Positions 51,548 through 61,414 of a stretch of DNA of 64,000 nucleotides are shown one piece after another; position 1 is the stretch's first letter, and every line of letters starts with the position of its first letter. Origin of the DNA: a virus; the IMG/VR virus record IMGVR_UViG_3300037141_000236, positions 24,948-88,947 of that record; one strand, given 5' to 3'. A program made the position numbers and the translations under genes. Under the pieces are notes generated by a model. That model searched no databases and was not told where the DNA came from. It saw only the letters and a program-made list of their open reading frames with translations.

Positions 51548-51988
51548 ATGGCCATCACAAAATTAACCTGCATCCAAGTTCGCACACAGTTAGAACTCGC
51601 TTTGAAAACAATTGGTGAGCAACACGGAATTCGGTTTGATATCGGCAAAATTCGTTTCAATGATGTTTCTTTTCGCTGTACTCTGAATGCGGAAGCGAAA
51701 AATCAAACCATTGCGCTTGCAACGAATGCTATCTATGCGACAACCGTTCCAAGCACTGGCACAAAGGATTTGAATTTCTATATGAATCGTTCTTATCGCA
51801 AAAATGCAAACTGCATTACTTATACTGTCATTGAATTTCATCCGAGCCGTCCAAAATACAAGTTTGTCGTTTCAACACCGTATGGAACCAGATATCGCGC
51901 GGCTGCAAAATGGTTGGATAGCATGAAGGATGTTACACCAAGCAAACTTGACGACGAAATTTTGGGCGGGGAACTAAGTTCACTCTAA
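51548..51988 (+). CDS. Hypothetical early protein
   Basis: First ORF after promoter module 2. Confidence 0.6.
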   Translation: MAITKLTCIQVRTQLELALKTIGEQHGIRFDIGKIRFNDVSFRCTLNAEAKNQTIALATNAIYATTVPSTGTKDLNFYMNRSYRKNANCITYTVIEFHPSRPKYKFVVSTPYGTRYRAAAKWLDSMKDVTPSKLDDEILGGELSSL

Positions 51989-53157
51989 ATCAAAATTCAC
52001 TCTAACACCAAACAAATAAATTCACTTAAATCAAAACATATGTCACTCGAAATCGGAAACCACAAAAGCTCTACTTCTTACTACGAATTTCACTCGTATA
52101 AAAAGGCAGCGATCATCAAAGCGAAAAACATCTTGACTGGCCGAATCAAAGGCAACGAAGAACAAGCCCAAGAATTGATGTATCCCAATCACGTTGTTGT
52201 GTATGCCAACACCAAAGAACAGGCAATGCAAATATTGTGTAAGCGTTATGCCAAAGTGCGTTACAACCACATATTCAAGTGCGTATCCAAATTGCGTAGT
52301 TTTAAATAACTTCATCTCAAAATCAAACATCATGCGTTGCATCGGAAAAAAGAAAATCGGAGATTTAAAAGGCGGACAAATGTTCTCAATTGATCTCGTA
52401 AGTGAGAAACTTCCAAACCCAGGCCTGTGCATAAGACTTGCAGCAGTTGCAGTCATCGTAAATGGTTGTGCAATGCCAAGGGCATCGAATTATACCAAAG
52501 GAGATTCCTTCATTGCCATCCGCGTTAGTAATGGGAAGCCAGCAATGTATCACACTGATCAAGAAGTATACGTTTACGAATAAAACCCAAAACCATGAAA
52601 AAGAAATCAGATACTTATTTTGCAGTTGCAGTAACCTGGAATAAAAAATATGATTATTTCAGTGGTCGCGATAAACTCGAAAAAATCCTTAGCCGCGAAT
52701 GTTCAGGCTCAGGTTGTGGAATGGGAACTGCTGACGCAGATTGGTGTTACAAGCAGAAAGCCACAGCGATCAAGATTGCCAAGCGCCTCAAAAGACTGAA
52801 GTGGTTGTCCAGTGTTGACATCACAAAGTATTCAGATACTGAAGATGTAAACATTGAATTCTAACTATGAAAGCATCAATTCACAAAGCTCCGAAGTTCA
52901 GTGTTGTTCCAAAAATGTTTAAACAATGGAAGCAACCAAATCATATTCATAGACTCTACTTGTCCATCGTGTGGTTTGGTTATGTTCTCTTTATAAAATA
53001 CAAATGAGGCACCTGAAATATTTAATCCCTCTGTGGATCATGTTAGGAATTATCATTGGCATTCTGCTTTACACAACTCCTGAAAAACCTCACAAACAAT
53101 TCGTTATCGACAGTAAGTCACATTACGTGTAACCTCTTCTTATAAGAATTATACATT

Positions 53158-53183
53158 AAAAGCACCCTTTGTGGTGCTTTTTT
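53158..53183 (+). terminator. Rho-independent terminator
   Basis: AAAAGCACC-CTTTGT-GGTGCTTTTTT. Confidence 0.75.
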
Positions 53184-53216
53184 ATTAATTTTACGTAAAC
53201 ATCTAACCTTATCACA

Positions 53217-54002
53217 ATGGACATTCTAAAAGAAATGGATAAAGACATCGCAGAGAAACGCGAAGTCGCCGAAGACTTGACAACTCAAGCCAAACAATTG
53301 TTATTGACCGCAGAGAATAAAGAACGCGATGCCCTTGTCTCAGCAGGTCTTGATCGCCACATCAAAGAGATCGATACAACAAGAGGCGTTGAGATCGAAA
53401 GAGAACAATTCGAAGCCAAGTATGGTAACAGAGTTCTCCACGCCGACGAAATCAAAGCATTATGTGTGAAATACAATCTGCGTTTCCTGAATACACATTA
53501 CTTCAACGGTAAAGTGGATGCACAAACCGGAATGAAGGTTGCTAAGTTGATGGCTGATCACAAAACAGAAATGGGAAGAGACAATTCCGATTTGTTTTAT
53601 GTGCTTGCGCCACCAAGGGCGTTTGCTTTACGTGAGAAACCAAAGAAGGTTGTGGATCTTGATCCAATCTTATTCTATAAGATCCCTGGTTCTGGAGGCC
53701 AATATTACACTTACGTCCATAAATGGGGCGAAGACTTCACAGTGATGAGAAAATTTTCCGGCTGGCTGTTTAAGAGTGTAACCAATATGATTCTGATGCC
53801 TTTCTTATTCGCAACAGCGGTTGGGCAAGTTGTGTTCTTTGGATTTGCACATCACTTGTGCCCTTGGTCACTGTTGACTTTGATTCCTGCCGCAATTGCC
53901 ACTGTTATTTTTAACTCTAACTTTGGCAACGGTAATCCCGAACGCGCGTTAACTGAAAGAGTATGGAATGAAGATACAAAACGTTCCAATTTGTTCTGGT
54001 AA
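53217..54002 (+). CDS. Hypothetical protein with two C-terminal TM helices
   Basis: DPILFY...HKWG motif followed by two hydrophobic segments. Confidence 0.65.
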   Translation: MDILKEMDKDIAEKREVAEDLTTQAKQLLLTAENKERDALVSAGLDRHIKEIDTTRGVEIEREQFEAKYGNRVLHADEIKALCVKYNLRFLNTHYFNGKVDAQTGMKVAKLMADHKTEMGRDNSDLFYVLAPPRAFALREKPKKVVDLDPILFYKIPGSGGQYYTYVHKWGEDFTVMRKFSGWLFKSVTNMILMPFLFATAVGQVVFFGFAHHLCPWSLLTLIPAAIATVIFNSNFGNGNPERALTERVWNEDTKRSNLFW

Positions 54003-54030
54003 GCTAACCTTCACATACGTTAATTTCTGT

Positions 54031-54067
54031 ATAAAGAGAAGTCTGTAATGGATTTCTCTTTATTTTT
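54031..54067 (+). terminator. Probable terminator
   Basis: ATAAAGAGAAGTC...GATTTCTCTTTAT followed by T-run. Confidence 0.6.
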
Positions 54068-55101
54068 ATATATTAATTGAACTCAACTATAAACATCATG
54101 AACACACTCGGAATCATATTAGGCATTGTTTTAATTTGTGCGTTTCTTACTTACCTTTGGCGCCAGATTATGATTAGCGAAATCAACAAAATTGTTGACA
54201 AGATGGAACCGTTTGAAACATCACAAGAGATACTTGATGAGCTGGATTCTGACATGGAAGACAGTGGCATGGCACAAGGAGAAATCGAAAGTAACCTCAA
54301 TCACTGGAAAAATAAATACATAATCACAAGAAAATGACTTACGATAAACTATTCAAAGCGTTAAGCGAATTCTACGAGAAGAAAAACTGGAAAGTAAAGT
54401 TCTATATGCAGCATTCAACCTTCTCCTATGAAATCTATCATAGCCAGGATGCATTTCATGGAAAGCCTTTGTATGTGAGCACAATCTTCTATCATGGCCC
54501 GGACAATATTGATTCAATGGGCAAGTCAATCATTGACGATATCAAAACTAATCGAGCTCGATTGAAGAAGGAGAATCCAAAGCCATTTACTTATCTCCCA
54601 CAGAATGATCCCAAAGCACAAGAATGTGTTTCTGTGGAAGACTGGACTCCAAATGATCCGCGTCCTGTTCTTGATCCTAAAAAGATGACAGTAACAGTCG
54701 ATGGCAAAACTATCAAAGTAAAGGAAGTAAAGGCGAAAGACCTGGTGCAAAAGAAACCATTACTTGTTCCTTTGAAAAGGGATACATTGATGAGTACTCA
54801 AAGACAGGTCACAACACCAATTAAAAAGCTTATTGTCCGAACACCTAAGTTTGGAAAGAAACGCCCCATCATTCGTAAAAAAAGAAAATAACATGACACA
54901 GGAAGAAGATGACCAAATAACACGTGTGGCTTTCGTAGCTGCACTCATTGCAGCTGAAGCTCCTGCCGATATCAACGAAGAAGTTTTATTTGTTATGGCA
55001 AAAAAAGCGATTGCTGGCATGGGTCCAAAAGAATTAGCCGAGTTGGAAGCATACAAGGAACAATTCAAAGCTTGGGATGCAAATAAAGACAAAGAAGAAA
55101 T

Positions 55102-55350
55102 ATGGCGAAGGTAGAAATTTCAAGAGTAGACTTTCTTGTTGCATTGGCAAAAGCAAGCGCAGCTACTCCAGAAGAACAAGAATTGGTTAAAGACAGTCTT
55201 GCACTGATTTTGAATGCACATTTGTTTTTAGAAGAAGCAACACCCAAACAACTTGAAATATTGGATGCAAAGAAAGAAGCTTGGTTGAAATGGAAGAACA
55301 GTGGCGAGTCAGCTGAAGACACAATCAAAAGAGAAATCGGACTAATATGA
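55102..55350 (+). CDS. Helical protein with EIGL tag
   Basis: Ends SAEDTIKREIGLI*. Confidence 0.65.
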   Translation: MAKVEISRVDFLVALAKASAATPEEQELVKDSLALILNAHLFLEEATPKQLEILDAKKEAWLKWKNSGESAEDTIKREIGLI

Positions 55351-56363
55351 AAAAGAAACGATCCGCCAAATACGAAATAGAAAATAACACCGAAACCAAT
55401 GAGTGAACTCTGGGAAGAATATGAAGAAAGGCAAAAAGACAAAGCTATGGCAAAGTGGCATAAGGCAAAATACCTATTGTATATCCCTTTGATAGCAATA
55501 TTAGGATACTTTGCTTACATTTTGTATTGGCCTATCAACGCCATGCATATAACTTATTTTATTTGCGCAGTGCTCGCCATACTCGTTCACAAATTCTTAT
55601 GGAAAAAGAATTGGAAAGAAGAGCCTTTAGAATACACTTACTTCTTGTGTTTCTTCTTCGGACCATTTGCCTTACTTTATATGATACAAGCAGCCATCAT
55701 ATGGCACCAAATGAAACGCCCATGACCCTGACAAGAACAATTGAATTGGAAGCTGAGATATCCGCAACCATTCACAAAGATAACAATTGTACAGTAACCT
55801 TCGATTATTCGATTGGAGAAGGAATTACTGATAGGGCTTCCAAAGTGTCAGCCTACACATTTAACCCTCTTACAGAGGAGTTTTTCTTGCTTTATACAGT
55901 GTTTGGCAAGGATAAGATACGTTGCCTGGAATCTTTATTAGTTTATGTGCAAACACATACCAAGGAAATGAGTTCTTATACTGTCTCTTGGTCACGAAAA
56001 GTTCTCGGCAGTGTAGGTTCCATGCGATCCAAAGTAAATGTTTCGTATTTTTATGGTAAGAATGTGAAGGATGTCATTGATAAATTCTTTGCAGGTAAAG
56101 GTCCCGATATGTATTATGTGTGGGAAATCAAACTAAATCCTTCTGCCTAATGTCATACGCAAGACTTCGTAAAGCTGATTGTAAAGTATCTACCAATATT
56201 AAAGGACTGATCTTTGAATCCGGGCAACAATATAAAGTTGTTAAGAATGGTGACTCTTATTATGTTCAAGAGAAAGGCTCCAAGAAAGTGAATGACGGTA
56301 TGTGGCTGAAAGAAAATGTCTTTTTATCTTGCTTTGATCTCATTGAAATGAAACTCTATCGCA

Positions 56364-58143
56364 ATGCAAAAGTTTGACCTTCTGGATAAGATAACATTAA
56401 AACATCACCCAGGAGCTTTTACAATCGTGGGTGTGATCACGCCTAATCCTGATTTGGAAGAAAGAACATATCTCATTTCTATTCCGTTAAAATTCAGTGA
56501 TGGTTTTCTATATACTCTTGAAATGCGAGACGGTTGGCAAGCAGGCCAATGGTTTGATTATACCACGTTTATAGAACCAATGATGATTGAAGGCAAATAC
56601 TATATGTGGGTTAGCGAATGGAAAGTAAAAGATAGCGTACTCACACCGGAACAACTAATCGTTAAACAAATAAGACAAGAGATCGGATTATGAGCTTCAA
56701 AGCAGGTGATATCATTGAGACAACGTTTATGCCTGGAAGGTTTCTGGTGATGATGTATCGTCCGAAAGAAGACCCGAAGAGCAGCATGATTGAATATATG
56801 ATTGCGTTGCCAGACGATTTCAAAATACCCACCGCAGAACATAAAATTTGTGATGTCAAAGAAGATTTCTTTCAAGAGTATAAAAAAGCTGGATACAAGA
56901 GTGATTGGCCTAAATGGATTGCAGAGTCTCCTGGCTCAGAAAAATATGTTTTGGTTGGGCAAAGATATATGTGGGTTCATCCAGAAGAAATAAAAGATCC
57001 TTTTGAAACAACCGAAGAGCAAATAATAAAAGAAATTGGCCTATGAGCAAGTACAAGCCCGGTGAATGGGTTAAGGTTAAGGGACTTGAAGGTGAGTTCC
57101 AAATCTATCTCTATCGTAAGTATGAAAATACCAGGATTTCTTCCGGATATATTATTGGTGTTACCAAGAATGTTGATCAACATTCTATATTTGATGGCCA
57201 TGATGAAGAATGGGCTAGGTGGATCCATAATTCACCCGGCTCAGAAAAATTTATGCTCCGTGGAGTAACCTATGCTTGGATTGAGGAAGAAGATATTGCT
57301 GGTGAAGATCCTTTACAATCAACTGAACGTATAATCAAACGAGAAATTGGGCTGCCATGAAGAACATACTATTATTCCTTTCGGGTAAATACAAGCGGTC
57401 TTTGCTTTTAAAAGCGGAGAAGGTTGTTTGGGACATCTATAAGAATCAAGGACTAACATCAACAGGATGGGCCGCAAGAGAAGCAATAAGAAAACTTAAA
57501 TAGCCATGTTTAAAGAAGGAGACCAATTCGTTGTCAAGACAAAAGAACAGTTTGCTGCTGAATTTGGAACAAAGGAAAACTCTAATAACTTTCTTTTGGA
57601 ATCTGATGGCCACATAATTTATTTTAATGATGCCAACATGGGTAAATTTTATGGTAAAGTTGTAACAATATGTCAGATAATGGGAAGAGGTCGGTATACA
57701 ATAAAGGAAGAACAAATTTATAAATGGACAGCTGAAATGTTTCAACTAAATATTACAGCAACCTTGGCTTCCGCCGAACACATAATAAGAGAAGAAATTG
57801 GGTTATGATACTATATGCAATAAAATATAAGCCCGGAGATAAAGTTCGTGTAAGATTCTTTGAAGACCTTCAAACGAAATATTCTTCTGACCCAAGAACC
57901 AGCTGTTTACTTATTCCTGCTGAGACAGATAGGAATTCGATTCAATTTTTAGGGTCTATGACACTCTTGTGTGGTAAAATAGTTACCATTTCAAATGTTA
58001 TCCCGCAAGACTCTCATAAAAAGAAATATGATCGTTATTATGTTGTAGAAGACGACAATGACAGTTATTGGTCAGATGCAATGTTTATTTCTCCAGAAGA
58101 AAAAGCTACATTACAAATTAAACAAGAGATAGGTTTAGTATGA
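56364..58143 (+). other. Five SH3/KOW-like tagged ORFs (56364-56693, 56690-57046, 57043-57360, 57506-57808, 57805-58143)
   Basis: Ends IRQEIGL, IIKEIGL, IKREIGLP, IREEIGL, IKQEIGLV. Confidence 0.78.
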
Positions 58144-58962
58144 TCCACACTTGTTAACAATCTTATAACCTTTGCTGGTGATTTTATGATAAGCTTTACG
58201 GATCCCTTTAAGAAGTCTCTTAACCATTGATTCTTTCATTTCAGGGCCAAAGCTCTTTGATTTTCTACCTCCCCAATTCTGGCCCATGAATGGTTCTTCC
58301 GACGCCAAATGAATACAAACAATCTCTGGAATGAACTTCCTTTTACCTGCAGGAAATTGTTTAAGATGTAATACATCAGTACGATCGTATGCTGCATGTT
58401 CTCTTGGATAAGTTATGACTCCAGATCCAATTGGATTCCACATTTGAAAGAAACCTATTGGCCAATAACCATCTCCTTTGTATTGAACTACTCGTTGTCC
58501 AATTGGAAAATGATGCATATGCATATAAACCCAGCCATCATAGATTGGTTTATGAATACTTTGATGGATAAACTCTTGCCAAGCTTTATATGAATTGCAC
58601 ATTAAGCGATCTATGCCATAGATACAGTCTTTATCTAGCGATAAACGATCTAATAACTCTTTTGTAAGAGGGGGAAGCCAGATATCAGCATCTAGTTGCA
58701 CTACCCAACCATCCTTATCTAATTTCTTGAGGCCTTCGTTGATTCCCAAAGCTTTGTTTGCCACAGGGCCATCAGTATAGAACGCATCAGTTTGAATGCA
58801 AGGAACATTATAAAATTGACATACTTGGAAAGTAGCCAAGTCTTTAGTGTCGGTCACAACAACCATACGATTAAAGAGAGATTTATTATTTGGAAGGGTG
58901 ACTTTTAGAAAATCACTGTAGCCAATACAAACTACAACTGCTTCGATCTTGATTTGGGACAT
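58135..58962 (-). CDS. GT-A (GT2-like) glycosyltransferase
   Basis: VVVTD, NKALGINEGL, LDADI (DxD), IGFFQ, D..H; TATTTA at 58982 (-). Confidence 0.8.
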   Translation of the reverse strand: MSQIKIEAVVVCIGYSDFLKVTLPNNKSLFNRMVVVTDTKDLATFQVCQFYNVPCIQTDAFYTDGPVANKALGINEGLKKLDKDGWVVQLDADIWLPPLTKELLDRLSLDKDCIYGIDRLMCNSYKAWQEFIHQSIHKPIYDGWVYMHMHHFPIGQRVVQYKGDGYWPIGFFQMWNPIGSGVITYPREHAAYDRTDVLHLKQFPAGKRKFIPEIVCIHLASEEPFMGQNWGGRKSKSFGPEMKESMVKRLLKGIRKAYHKITSKGYKIVNKCGSY

Positions 58963-59162
58963 TTAGAGCCTATTTTTATTATAAATAGACTAATGATTAT
59001 GTAAACTTTGAGAAGTAGATTACTTTTTCCTGAGTTTATAAGTATGTTCGTAGCATATTCGAATCATCACCCAACGTTTATTCCTCCATACAAACACTAC
59101 AAATTGCGTAGCTTTACCACAATGATGACAATGCGGTCTATCTTTTCGCATTATTGTTTTCA

Positions 59163-59807
59163 CTATTCAGAAGCCTCACAACACATTTCTTCACCAGCTT
59201 CTCTGCCTTCCATTTCTTCTCCGAAGGCCACATCAAGTTTATAAGACTTGTCTCCAGCACCTGAGGTTTTTGTGTTAAACTCTTTCTTCTTGCCATTTAC
59301 GACAATTGAAAGGATCTTATAGTTTGTGAAACCCGAGAGGTCCCACATTTTAAGAGCTCCAAATAATTCTGCTTCAGAATCGAACTTAAGAAGGATATAA
59401 TCTTCAGGTTTACTGCTGTAAGCCCTTTGTAGTTTGCGTTCTTTAGGTTTGGATTCTTCATCTCCTTCTAATATTCCAAGCATTTTATGCGCAGGTTTAT
59501 GCGCAGGTTTACCAGAAGAATGCCTTGCTTTTATTTTACGATCCTCATGACCATATTTTGACTTAACGGCTTCATCACCCAGTGAATCCATTTCATCCCC
59601 CAAGTCACCATTATCATACTTCGCGACAATTACTTCCTTACCAAAGAAATCATCAATGATATGACTATAAATCAACGCTGCTGCATCTTCACGAGAGACA
59701 TGAAGCTTGGTAACAGCTTCATCGATCTTACTTTGGATCACAGACTTTTGTTCACTTGTTAAAAGGTATTGCGGGACGAGTACGGTACTTACTTCTTTCG
59801 GATTCAT
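59163..59807 (-). CDS. Hypothetical protein
   Basis: 214 aa ORF on the - strand. Confidence 0.6.
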   Translation of the reverse strand: MNPKEVSTVLVPQYLLTSEQKSVIQSKIDEAVTKLHVSREDAAALIYSHIIDDFFGKEVIVAKYDNGDLGDEMDSLGDEAVKSKYGHEDRKIKARHSSGKPAHKPAHKMLGILEGDEESKPKERKLQRAYSSKPEDYILLKFDSEAELFGALKMWDLSGFTNYKILSIVVNGKKKEFNTKTSGAGDKSYKLDVAFGEEMEGREAGEEMCCEASE

Positions 59808-59923
59808 GTTTTATGTTATCAAGGTTTAGAAGATAAATCTGTGAAATTAATATTAGCTAAACAACAAACCCGTTCTTTTTCATGTGAATTTGAGTGTTTA
59901 TTTGTATTTTTAGGTTATAAACT

Positions 59924-60534
59924 GTGAAGACTATGTTGAAAGAAGGTGATCTTGTGCGCTTTAAGACTTGGGAAGAGCTCTGTGATGAGTATGGAGAAGA
60001 TCCTTCTGGTAAGGTTTACCTTCCTAACGGTAGAGCTCTGCTGAAAAAACGGCTTGGTGATATTTTAGGCAGTGCAGCTTATCTAGATAAACTTACCATT
60101 GATAATATGTGGATTGTCAAACCTGGCAGCCGGCCATGGTTTCCAGAACTGTTTAAAAAGTTTGAACCAATTGATGAAGCAATGTTAAAAATAAGAAAAG
60201 AAATATGGCAACAGTAAATTATAAACCCAAAGAAGAATTTAGTCTTGGGGAATTTGTCACACATGATAATTGTGAGAAGCTGGGAGGCGATCAAATTATA
60301 ATGATTGCTACTCGTCTTGTGGACAATGTAACGTTTTTTGGCATAGAGGATAAAGGGAGAGGTATGTATTGGGAAAAGTTTGGAGGTAAATCCATGCACA
60401 CAATTAAAACGCTCAGTGGAATTTCCCTTGGTAAAACGAAAGTGGCCTTCTACGATGCACACAATTTAACCAAAACAAATCACATAACAGTACAAGAAGA
60501 AATCATCAAACAAGAAATATACAATCAAAAATGA
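59924..60534 (+). other. Two tagged ORFs (59924-60217, 60205-60534)
   Basis: LKEGDLV...IRKEIWQQ*; FSLGEFV...IKQEIYNQK*. Confidence 0.7.
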
Positions 60535-61414
60535 CTCTAAAAGATAAAGCGGCTAAGGCCGAGAGAGATAAGGAAATGCAAGAATGGAAAGATGCATTGG
60601 CACTTGCCGAAGATATGACTCGCACAAGTAAAGTATTGGCTTGTACAACAATGTCTGATCTAAGAAAAGTGGTAAAGGAACTTGGCCCATTCATTTCTTA
60701 TTCAAGACCTGATGCTAAAGTTTGGGGTGCAGAAAAGATTTTGCTATCAATCATTGCAATAAGACAAGGCGCTGCGATTGAGCACATGACCAGAGTGAAT
60801 GGCTTGAGAGCGAAGGTAGCAGAACTAGTTCTGGCAAACAATTATGGACAACCTTGGGATGAAGCGTAAGAAACCTGACATGGATAGCATAAAGCAAATG
60901 ATTATGGATTTGCATGTTGCGGAACATCGCATAAGGAATGAGTGTGGCCTGACACCTGCAAATTTAACATTGGAAGAACGCTTGGCACTTAGTCTTTTAC
61001 ATTTAAAACAAAGCCAAGATGCTTTCATGAAAGCTGTTAATGAAACGGCGGGCATTACTGAGGAAGCAAAGGCCGCAGCTGCAAAGAAACTTAAAGAAAT
61101 GGCTAAAAAGAAAGGAGAAAGTAAATGATTTGGCTAATAGGTTATTTGGCAATTGGATTAATTTCACTGGGTGTGCTTTTATACAAGTATAAGAAAGACA
61201 CCCAAGAGATGGAAAAGGAACTTATGGTCTTTGCGGTCTTTTTAACAATCCTTGGCTGGCCAATAGTATTTGTCGGCGGAGCTATTCTTCAAAGGAATCT
61301 TAATAAGACAGTTCGCACACAAGCGGAACTGTTGGAACAAGAAAAGATGGCCGATATGGATGATGAAGAAAAAGCCAACTACATAATGATGCGCGACATT
61401 TTTAAAAAGAAACC

